A stretch of 45,377 nucleotides of DNA from Candidatus Cloacimonadota bacterium (lineage in GTDB: Bacteria; Cloacimonadota; Cloacimonadia; Cloacimonadales; TCS61), in assembly GCA_016935235.1 (NCBI GenBank), contig JAFGRJ010000124.1, positions 1-45,377 on the forward strand, given 5' to 3'. Position 1 is the stretch's first letter; every line of letters starts with the position of its first letter. A model generated the notes under the pieces. It made no database searches. It was not told where the DNA came from and saw only the letters and a program-made list of their open reading frames with translations. A program made the translations under genes and the position numbers. Below are positions 9,453-17,019 of the stretch, piece by piece.

Positions 9453-10336
9453 GTATCCTCCCCTGATATCTGTTTCAAAATAATATCCCAGGAATTGTTT
9501 ATCTTCAGGATGATATTTTCGGCATCAGTCTCCATAATGGTTTTTCCCGCTATCATCGCGTCTGAGAATGATCTGGAAAAAGGTATTTCAGCCAGCAGGG
9601 CTATTTCCCTGCTGACCAGGAAATCCTTTATTTCTGAGCTTATCTTCTCATTGAGGTCGCATTTATTTATGATACATCCTGCTGGCAGTCCAAACTTGCT
9701 TAACAGTATGTGTACCCTTTGCAGATCGTGAAAGGCGGAGCGACTGGGCTCGGTTACCATGACAACATAACCTGCTCCGGCAAGAGATGATATCACTGGA
9801 CAACCGATACCGGGGGAACCATCTACCAGGATAATATTTATTTTCTCCTTCTCCGCCAGCTTTCTGGCTTCTTTTTTCACTTTTGTGACCAGCTTTCCGG
9901 AATTTTCCGCCCCTATATCAAGTTCTGCATGAACAAGGATATTATCAAATCTGGTCTGTGAAATCTGAAAAATTCCGACTTTTCTTTCCGGTAGTGAAAT
10001 AGCCTGCTCCGGGCATATATGGAAACAATATCCACAACCCTCGCAGGATAGAGGATCTACAGAAAATCCCGTTCCGCCCGCATTGATTGCGTGGAAGCGG
10101 CAGATCTGAAAACATCTGGCACATGACGAGCAGAGGGAAGTGTTTATTTTTGCTTCCACACCACTGAAAAAAATCTCGGAAAGAATAGCCTGTGGCCTCG
10201 TTACAAGATGCATATCGGCAGCATCAACATCGCAGTCAGCCAGGATACAGTTTCCCCCTAATAGATAAGACATGGCGGCAGTGATCGAGGTTTTCCCGGT
10301 TCCACCCTTGCCTGATATAAAAACGATCTCTTTCAT
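9449..10336 (-). CDS. MinD-superfamily P-loop ATPase with inserted 2x[4Fe-4S] ferredoxin domain
   Basis: SGKGGTGKT, DCDVDAAD, CSSCARC..C, CEGCGYC...CP, ENSGKLV, DGSPGIGCPV, VTEP. Confidence 0.92.
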   Translation of the reverse strand: MKEIVFISGKGGTGKTSITAAMSYLLGGNCILADCDVDAADMHLVTRPQAILSEIFFSGVEAKINTSLCSSCARCFQICRFHAINAGGTGFSVDPLSCEGCGYCFHICPEQAISLPERKVGIFQISQTRFDNILVHAELDIGAENSGKLVTKVKKEARKLAEKEKINIILVDGSPGIGCPVISSLAGAGYVVMVTEPSRSAFHDLQRVHILLSKFGLPAGCIINKCDLNEKISSEIKDFLVSREIALLAEIPFSRSFSDAMIAGKTIMETDAENIILKINNSWDIILKQISGEDT

Positions 10337-11187
10337 GCCAGTTGCAGGTTATTCGCTATTACACTCAAGGCTTCCCGGATCACCGGGATCTCCTGATACA
10401 ATAATCTGCCTGCGGAATATAGCTCCGCGGCTCTTCTCATGTAGGGTATACAGGCAATTATTCTGTAATTCGCAGAATGGCAGAATTCAATAATGGTACT
10501 GTCAAATTCATCTCCTGCCTGATTCAGGACAATGCTGAAGGATTTATCCAATTTCTCCATGGTTTTTATGGCCAGCTTCAGGTCATGAAAACCAAAAGGA
10601 GTTGGTTCTGTGACCAGAATTACATGTTCAGCGGATTTTGTGACCTCTAGCATGGGACATGATGTACCCGGGGGAGAATCAAATATGAGAAGATCGTCAC
10701 TTGCTGCAATTCCTTTCAGATAGGATATGGTAGCGGAGATAAGAGGTACTGCTGAGACCTGTCCTATCTCCAGGTGGCTGTCGACCAGCTGGAGTTTCTT
10801 GCTGATTATGGAATGATAGAGAATACCACCTGTTTCACCGTGCATGGGCAGGGATGAAGTGGGACATAATTCCGAACAGGCAAAGCAACTATGGCACAAC
10901 TCCGGGAAAAGCATTATTCGATCCGGTATTTTCAGAACTGCGTTAAATCTGCATAATTCCTGACACTTACCGCACATTATGCAGGTGCGTTCAATCCACT
11001 CCGGGATCATCCTGCATATCTTTTCGGAATGAACCTGCCTTCCTTTTAAAAAAATACCGGAATTCGGTTCTTCCACATCAAGATCAGCCAATATAACCTT
11101 CCGCTTCTCCGCCAGAAATGCCGAGAGATTCACCGCCAGGGTAGTTTTTCCTGTTCCACCTTTACCGCTGGCTATGGCAATGATCAA
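10333..11187 (-). CDS. MinD-superfamily P-loop ATPase with inserted 2x[4Fe-4S] ferredoxin domain
   Basis: SGKGGTGKTT, DLDVEEPN, CIMCGKC...C, CHSCFAC...CP, DSPPGTSCP, VTEPTPFG.HDL. Confidence 0.92.
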   Translation of the reverse strand: MIIAIASGKGGTGKTTLAVNLSAFLAEKRKVILADLDVEEPNSGIFLKGRQVHSEKICRMIPEWIERTCIMCGKCQELCRFNAVLKIPDRIMLFPELCHSCFACSELCPTSSLPMHGETGGILYHSIISKKLQLVDSHLEIGQVSAVPLISATISYLKGIAASDDLLIFDSPPGTSCPMLEVTKSAEHVILVTEPTPFGFHDLKLAIKTMEKLDKSFSIVLNQAGDEFDSTIIEFCHSANYRIIACIPYMRRAAELYSAGRLLYQEIPVIREALSVIANNLQLA

Positions 11188-11438
11188 TCCACTACCTCAA
11201 TTTCCTTGATCTGCCTGGCAGTGCTTTCAGGTATTTTCCCTTGTTCAGGTTGGCTTATTCTTTGTCTGATGCTATTATAAAGCCGCTTTAATCTGCTTTC
11301 AGGTTTCGTCAGATCCTCGATAATATACCCGGCTAACCCGGAAACTATCGTGAAAAGAAGAGCTCCCGAACTTCGACCTGACTTCCTGCTGTCCCCGCTA
11401 TACCGATTAACCCTTTCTCTCTTTCGCAATCTTAACAT
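11184..11438 (-). CDS. Small hypothetical membrane protein
   Basis: Fills the operon gap and its stop overlaps the next start by 4 nt. Basic N-terminus and one hydrophobic segment (ALLFTIVSGLAGYII). Start uncertain (ATG 11438). Confidence 0.6.
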   Translation of the reverse strand: MLRLRKRERVNRYSGDSRKSGRSSGALLFTIVSGLAGYIIEDLTKPESRLKRLYNSIRQRISQPEQGKIPESTARQIKEIEVVD

Positions 11439-11463
11439 CTGTGTTCTCACGCAGGGGATTTTT

Positions 11464-11772
11464 TTACTTTTCTTTCTTCTTGTTTTCCAGAGCTTCCAGC
11501 CTTGACCGCATTGCGTCCAGTTGACCATTCATTCTCTCGATTTCTTTCTCGAGAAATTCCTTTTCATCGTACTCTACCGGTTCTGGGTAAGGATAATACT
11601 CAGGCATATATCTGCGAAATCCCCCGAAAAAACGGCGAAATCCCATCCTCAGATGACGGCGTGGCTGATAAGGATTGGCATATCCGGGTCGATCATAACC
11701 TGCACAATAACCTGCCCCTCTTCCAGTCATGGGACCAAATCCATCCGGTCCAGTTCTATCTCCTCTTGGCAT
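11464..11772 (-). CDS. DUF5320 family protein
   Basis: MPRGDRTGPDGFGPMTGRGAGYCAG N-terminus, R/G/Y-rich middle and C-terminal coiled coil. GGAGGT RBS before ATG 11772. Confidence 0.9.
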   Translation of the reverse strand: MPRGDRTGPDGFGPMTGRGAGYCAGYDRPGYANPYQPRRHLRMGFRRFFGGFRRYMPEYYPYPEPVEYDEKEFLEKEIERMNGQLDAMRSRLEALENKKKEK

Positions 11773-11774
11773 AA

Positions 11775-12227
11775 TTACCTCCCTCGTCTTTTTCTTTTTG
11801 CACAACAATTACCATGACCGAAACCACCAGCAAGATCTAGCAGATTTGCCGAATCGCAGGCAGGACAGGAGACAATAGGCTGGGTGAAATCATTTTTGAA
11901 CAAATGCCCACAATCCAGACAACGGATCAGATTTCCCCGGAAATGAATATTTCCTCCCGCGATAACGAGCTCTCTACCTTCTATCAGAAATTCAGCTATT
12001 TTGCTGCGGGCTTTTTCGATCAACCTGGTGAAAGTTGACCGTGAGATTTCCATCTCATCAGCTGCTGACAGATGATCGTGCCCCAGAAAATCAGCAAGCC
12101 GGATTGCCTCGAATTCATCAAGACTGAGCTGAATCGGGGTTAACTGGCTGCGCTGGATCCTTATGGGCTTGAATTCAGTATAGAGCGGTGGCTGTCTCAC
12201 TGTTCTCTCTTTCTGTGGTCGAGTCAT
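11775..12227 (-). CDS. DUF134 (UPF0251) predicted DNA-binding protein with C-terminal Zn-ribbon
   Basis: RP.K.R, FKP, LSLDEFEAIRLAD, AADEMEISRSTF.R, CLDCGH...CPAC and a CC tail. AAGGAG RBS before ATG 12227. Confidence 0.9.
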   Translation of the reverse strand: MTRPQKERTVRQPPLYTEFKPIRIQRSQLTPIQLSLDEFEAIRLADFLGHDHLSAADEMEISRSTFTRLIEKARSKIAEFLIEGRELVIAGGNIHFRGNLIRCLDCGHLFKNDFTQPIVSCPACDSANLLDLAGGFGHGNCCAKRKRRGR

Positions 12228-12251
12228 GCATTCTCCTTTATCATGGGAGGC

Positions 12252-12280
12252 ATTATTTTGCACATATGTTCATTAGTCAA
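12252..12280 (-). promoter_or_regulatory. Putative promoter TTGACT-N17-AATAAT with a palindromic operator TGAACATATGTGCA in the spacer
   Basis: A 14-bp imperfect palindrome (12259-12272; 6 of 7 pairs) lies between the -35 and -10-like hexamers upstream of the DUF134 gene. Confidence 0.55.
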
Positions 12281-12318
12281 GCAAAAATTTACTGCAGTCA
12301 GTTAAAAGATATCAGAAT

Positions 12319-12555
12319 TCAACGGGAATAGAATTCCTCCAGGATATTTATTATTTCCTGCTGTCTCTGGCTGGCTTCTTCCTCTGTGGGAAAGGACAGG
12401 ACAAATTTAGAGAATTCTTTACTATCGTAACCGAGTTCCAGATAAAATTCTTTCAACTTGTTATTGTAATTGATCATGGAGATATAGGATATCCTGGAAA
12501 GAAGGATTTTATATCCGGCATAGGTAGAATTTGCGAGTTCCAGAAAGACCGACAT
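12319..12555 (-). CDS. Hypothetical protein (78 aa)
   Basis: GAGGT RBS, co-oriented with neighbours and fills the gap. No family recognised. Confidence 0.65.
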   Translation of the reverse strand: MSVFLELANSTYAGYKILLSRISYISMINYNNKLKEFYLELGYDSKEFSKFVLSFPTEEEASQRQQEIINILEEFYSR

Positions 12556-12595
12556 AGTTACCTCGTATTCTTATATTGGAGCTGATTCCGCCAGG

Positions 12596-12919
12596 TCAGC
12601 TTTGTTTGTTGATTTCTTCCTCCGCCCAGTTCAGGGCAGCTGCCACGTTGGGAAAGCCGATGGTGCTGGTGAGGGCGATAAGAGCGTGGAATATTTCGTC
12701 CTTGGATGCACCGGCTTCTAGGGCACGTCTTACGTGACTGTGCACGGAACCTTCCGATCTGATGGCAGCGGCTCCTCCCAGCTGAATTAGCTGCAGGAAT
12801 TTTTCTTTCAGGGGACCTTCCTGTCGTGCTGTTTTGCCCATTTTTTCAACAGATTTGATAAATTCTGGATATTTTTCTTTAAGATAATTATACCATGCGG
12901 GTGTGTTATGGTCTGACAT
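12596..12919 (-). CDS. Carboxymuconolactone decarboxylase (CMD/AhpD-like) family protein
   Basis: LIQLGGAAAIRSEGSVHSHVRRALEAGASKDEI, TIGFP. GGAGGT RBS. No CxxC motif. Confidence 0.9.
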   Translation of the reverse strand: MSDHNTPAWYNYLKEKYPEFIKSVEKMGKTARQEGPLKEKFLQLIQLGGAAAIRSEGSVHSHVRRALEAGASKDEIFHALIALTSTIGFPNVAAALNWAEEEINKQS

Positions 12920-12973
12920 TTTTACCTCCTGCATGTAAATTACAGAGAAGATTAGGATAACACAAGGAAAATA

Positions 12974-13912
12974 TTAGGTCTTGTTAATCAGATAGAAATT
13001 ATTGTTTTTCTGACGCTCCGTTCTGATGATATTTCTCTCCAGAAGATCAGCCAGATATTTGCCGAGTTCATTGGGATGGAGGTTTAAAGCCTTTGCCAGA
13101 TCTTCGCTGGTGGCAGGTCTCCTTTTCAGAAAATCAATGATTGTTCCCTCAAAATCGGAGTCTAATCTTGTGATGTCATCGGTGAAAGTTTTCCTGGTTA
13201 TATATTCTGCAGGTAAGGGGGCAAAGAACCTGACAATTTTCTTTAATTTCTCTTCCGTAGGGTCAGTTACCCATTTTTCTGTTCCGGGTCGATCAAGAGT
13301 ATTGATCTGAATTTTATCGGGTTTGATTTTGTTAACTGCCAGACGGAGATGATGCAATTCCTGTTCGGTATCGTTCAAACCGGGAATTATAAAGATTTCC
13401 AGCCAGATTTGCCCCTGAAATTCATTTCTCAGCTGGATTAATCCCGTAATTATATCGGCAGCGCTTATCCCTGGGGCAGGGCGGTTAATTTTCCGGAAGA
13501 TTTTTTCGCTGGCAGCATCGAGAGAAGGGAGGATGAGATCGATTTTTTTAAGATCCTGCCTTACTTCCGGTTGCGGGAGCAGAGAGGAATTTGTCAGCAG
13601 TGCCAGAGCATATTGAGGAAACTCGGTTTTCAGAAAGGCGGTTATTTCTCTGATGCCACTATGCAGGGTAGGTTCCCCGGAGCCGGAGAAAGTTATGAAA
13701 TCCAGAAGTGGCTTGGACTTCAGATAATCTGTCAATTCCTTGATTAAACCTGCTACCGGGATATATTCCTTTCTGGTGCTGGTAAGATGTGTGGTTGCTC
13801 CCAATTCACAATAAACGCAATTAAAACTGCAGTATTTAAAGGGAACCAGATCCACACCCAGTGATATTCCCAGGCGTCGGGATGGTACGGGTCCGAAGAG
13901 GTGCTTATACAT
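12974..13912 (-). CDS. Radical SAM protein (COG0731-like) with C-terminal winged-helix-like tail
   Basis: FGPVPSRRLGISLGVDL, CSFNCVYC, SGSGEPTL, LTNSSL, SLDA, NTLDRP. C-terminal RRPATSEDLAKAL. Confidence 0.92.
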   Translation of the reverse strand: MYKHLFGPVPSRRLGISLGVDLVPFKYCSFNCVYCELGATTHLTSTRKEYIPVAGLIKELTDYLKSKPLLDFITFSGSGEPTLHSGIREITAFLKTEFPQYALALLTNSSLLPQPEVRQDLKKIDLILPSLDAASEKIFRKINRPAPGISAADIITGLIQLRNEFQGQIWLEIFIIPGLNDTEQELHHLRLAVNKIKPDKIQINTLDRPGTEKWVTDPTEEKLKKIVRFFAPLPAEYITRKTFTDDITRLDSDFEGTIIDFLKRRPATSEDLAKALNLHPNELGKYLADLLERNIIRTERQKNNNFYLINKT

Positions 13913-13943
13913 AATTTTTCTGAGAACTTATGGTTGATTTATC

Positions 13944-15608
13944 CTATATCTTTTCTTTGATCTGATTTTCCACGTTCAGAGCGGTATTGTTGATATGGTC
14001 CAGCATTTCCTCCACCCTGGTCATGATCTCGAACTTGAATTTTTCATCCTTAATACCGGACATATTTATTTTAATGTTAAGGTAAGCGCTCTTGGCGGCG
14101 GCGTTAGCGTTTATTGCAGCCACTCCCGCATCGGATAGAGCATTGCTGTTCCCTATCATACTGATCCTGGCTGCCAGATCCACTGCTTCTCCAGCTGACT
14201 GCAGCGTCGCCAGAGGCACCATGACAGCGGCCTTGGTTGCACTCTCCATTATTTGCTCTCTTTCTTCTTGCTGCTCCGGGGTTTGTTTCGGTAAGCGGCT
14301 AGCCTCCATCATTTTGTTGAACGCTTCAGTATCTTTATCAATCAACTCCAGTGCTTTTTTCTGGATTTCCTGACCCTGTTCAGCAATTTGATTAGCTTCC
14401 TGCCAGACTTTCTCGTAATTTTTTTTCCCGAAAGTGAGATTTGCCACCATGGCAGAAAGAGCACCGGACAGAACTGCACAAAGAGCCGCCACACTACCGC
14501 CACCGGGAGCCGGGGAATCGGAAGAAAGTTCGGCGGCGAAATCTTCCACCGGGAGGTTTACCAGATTGTTTTTATTCCTGATAGCGTATTCGATAATCTT
14601 CTCATTGGTGGCGAAAGGTACTAGATCATCCAGTCCCATGGACTGGATGGCAGTTTCGATAATCATCTTTTCAGGGATACCGCTGCATTCCCCCAGGCGA
14701 TTCAGGTAATATTTCCCGGCAGCGATGATGGCAGCTTTGGGGATGAGCCCCACCAACTCGCTTCCGGTGACCTGGATACCCTTCTGCATTGCCAGTTCAC
14801 GGATTTTTTCCAGAACCAGATGAGGAGGAGTTATCTTATAGTTGGTAAGATTAATACTTATCTGAGCTCTTCTGTATTCATCAATGTACCAGCCCACTGC
14901 TTTACAGTGCTTGAAAAAACCCGGTTCCCTGATTCGGGAACCTTCCTCGTCCGTTACTACGTTGCTTTTCCTGTCTCTTTTCAGGCGACCTTTCTCCCTG
15001 ATCATAAGGGCCAGGTCGTGGGCTTTTTTCTTATCACGGGTATTGAGATTGATGTTATAGGCGATAAGAAATTCCCGGGCGCTGATGGCAGTTGCCCCGG
15101 AGCGGACGTTGAATTTCTGGGGACCGTAATCAGGTTTCCAGACGGGATCCTTCATTTTCTCGGGGAGAGCCTCATATTCTCCCTTTCTTACTTCGGCCAG
15201 ATTCCGCCATTCCGGTTTTGTGGCGGCATACTCGTAAAGGTAAACTGGTATTCCCAGTTCTTCGCCTACTCTTTTTCCCAGTTTATGGGCCAGTTGCACG
15301 CATTCTTCCATCGTAATATCGGATACAGGTACAAAAGGACAAACATCAGTTGCCCCCATCCTGGGATGAGCTCCCGAATGTTTGCTCATGTCTATCAATT
15401 CGGCAGCTTTCTTTATGGCCTGAAAAGCACCTTCCACAACACTTTCCGGATCTCCCACAAAAGTAACTACCGTGCGATTGGTATCGGCACCGGGGTCAAC
15501 ATCAAGAAGAGTTACACCTTTCACCGAACGTATCGCATCAGCTATAGCATCAAGGATCTTATGGTCTCTGCCTTCACTGAAATTTGGAACGCATTCAACT
15601 ATTTTCAT
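13944..15608 (-). CDS. ftcd: Bifunctional glutamate formimidoyltransferase / formiminotetrahydrofolate cyclodeaminase
   Basis: VECVPNFSEGR, HSGAHPRMGATDVCPF, GSELVGL in the transferase part. APGGGSVAA and SDAGVA...NIKIN in the cyclodeaminase part. Start at ATG 15608 after GGAGGT. Confidence 0.95.
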   Translation of the reverse strand: MKIVECVPNFSEGRDHKILDAIADAIRSVKGVTLLDVDPGADTNRTVVTFVGDPESVVEGAFQAIKKAAELIDMSKHSGAHPRMGATDVCPFVPVSDITMEECVQLAHKLGKRVGEELGIPVYLYEYAATKPEWRNLAEVRKGEYEALPEKMKDPVWKPDYGPQKFNVRSGATAISAREFLIAYNINLNTRDKKKAHDLALMIREKGRLKRDRKSNVVTDEEGSRIREPGFFKHCKAVGWYIDEYRRAQISINLTNYKITPPHLVLEKIRELAMQKGIQVTGSELVGLIPKAAIIAAGKYYLNRLGECSGIPEKMIIETAIQSMGLDDLVPFATNEKIIEYAIRNKNNLVNLPVEDFAAELSSDSPAPGGGSVAALCAVLSGALSAMVANLTFGKKNYEKVWQEANQIAEQGQEIQKKALELIDKDTEAFNKMMEASRLPKQTPEQQEEREQIMESATKAAVMVPLATLQSAGEAVDLAARISMIGNSNALSDAGVAAINANAAAKSAYLNIKINMSGIKDEKFKFEIMTRVEEMLDHINNTALNVENQIKEKI

Positions 15609-15748
15609 GAAACCTCCGATCAATCAGTTAATATTCATTTTCCACAGGCAGTAGCACGTTTTACCGATCTTCTCTATGAAATCAACCTGGCTTTATAACC
15701 TGATATATTAAGGATATTCTGCATTTTCAACACCTGTTTGCTAACTTC

Positions 15749-15789
15749 AATTATCTGACTAAAATCAAGGTCATATCAGTCAAATAATT
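15749..15789 (-). other. AT-rich inverted repeat / hairpin directly downstream of the guaD stop
   Basis: AATTATCTGACT-N17-AGTCAAATAATT, 12-bp arms with one mismatch that is a G-U pair on the minus strand. No U-tract. Confidence 0.45.
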
Positions 15790-15795
15790 TATCAA

Positions 15796-17019
15796 TTAAT
15801 TTGCCTGATAGACTGATTTACCGGCTATCCAGACGGATTTTACCCTAAATTTATCTCCCAGAAAGAGAAGATCGGAAAGGAGGTCTTCCTTGCTTTTCTG
15901 TGCCAGGTCGGGTATCTCGATAAAAGTAAGGTCAGCTTCCTTGCCAGCAATGATAGAACCCAGATGATCATCTTTTCCCAATGATGCTGCTCCGGCCAGA
16001 GTAGCTCTATAGAAAGCCTCGCTGGGAGTGACTGTCTGTTCTGGTTGGCGATAATTGTACATTTTCATGGTATTCAGCATTGAAAGGGAGGTGCCAGCGC
16101 CGACATCGGTTCCCAGGGCGAAAGCGATTCCGGCTTTTTTTATCTTGTCCAGGGGGAAAGTACCGCTCTTCAGGAAGAAATTTGAGTCAGGGCAGTGGAT
16201 AATCTTGCTGTTATGATTCCTGATAATTTTCAACTCTGCTTCTTCCATGTGAATAGCATGTGCCAGAAGTGTCCGGGAATGCAGCAGATTGTGTGCTTCA
16301 TAGACTTCGGCGTAATTACGGAAATTCGGAAAAAGCTCTCTGACCATTTTGATTTCCTGCAGGTTCTCGGAAATATGGGTTTGGATGAAGATATTGTTTT
16401 TCGTGGTAAAATCGCCGACCATGTGCAGCAAACGGCTGGAACAGACCGGTGCGAAGCGTGGTGAGAAGGCGTATTCCAGCAGGGGTGTTGCTTTATGCCA
16501 GCGCTCGCAAAGAGTAACACTTTCCTGAAAGGACTGGTCAGTATTTTCCTGCAGGTGGTATGAGTTACTGTTGTCCATCATGGTTTTGCCCATGATGATC
16601 CGTACACCCATTTCAGACGCAGTCTGGAAAGCTATATTACAGGCAGCGAAGAAAGGGGCTGTATAGATAACGGCAGTGGTGGTTCCATTTCTTATTAATT
16701 CATGGAAGAAATCAATACTGATCTGATGGGCAAAATCCAGGTTTTGTGATTTATTCTCTTCGGAAAAAATATGGTCTCTCAACCAGGGCATAAGGCTGGC
16801 ACTGAATCTGCCCCGGGAATGCAACTGGGAAAGATGCACATGAGCATCAATAAATCCTGGCAAACAGAGGTAACCGGAGAGATCGATGTAATCAGGTTCC
16901 GGGCAGTGGGTAATGATCTGTTCTATGCGGGAGCCGGTTATTTTAATGTAAGTGTGCGGGAGATATTCGGTCTGTTCTGGGTCAAGAGGATTCAGAATAT
17001 TGGTTTTAAGCAGTGGCAT
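15796..17019 (-). CDS. guaD: Guanine deaminase (amidohydrolase family)
   Basis: PGFIDAHVH.Q, NGTTTA, PRFAPVCS, QTHISEN, LAHAIH, CPDSN, GTDVGAG. Confidence 0.85.
   Translation of the reverse strand: MPLLKTNILNPLDPEQTEYLPHTYIKITGSRIEQIITHCPEPDYIDLSGYLCLPGFIDAHVHLSQLHSRGRFSASLMPWLRDHIFSEENKSQNLDFAHQISIDFFHELIRNGTTTAVIYTAPFFAACNIAFQTASEMGVRIIMGKTMMDNSNSYHLQENTDQSFQESVTLCERWHKATPLLEYAFSPRFAPVCSSRLLHMVGDFTTKNNIFIQTHISENLQEIKMVRELFPNFRNYAEVYEAHNLLHSRTLLAHAIHMEEAELKIIRNHNSKIIHCPDSNFFLKSGTFPLDKIKKAGIAFALGTDVGAGTSLSMLNTMKMYNYRQPEQTVTPSEAFYRATLAGAASLGKDDHLGSIIAGKEADLTFIEIPDLAQKSKEDLLSDLLFLGDKFRVKSVWIAGKSVYQAN

Noticed and set aside
8725-11187. Nitrogen fixation cluster
   Set aside because: No nifH/D/K/E/N genes. 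The ATPases are ferredoxin-inserted MinD type, and NifX-family domains are common in non-diazotrophs.
14820-15698. 292-aa plus-strand ORF
   Set aside because: Antisense to the well-supported ftcd, with no recognisable motifs.
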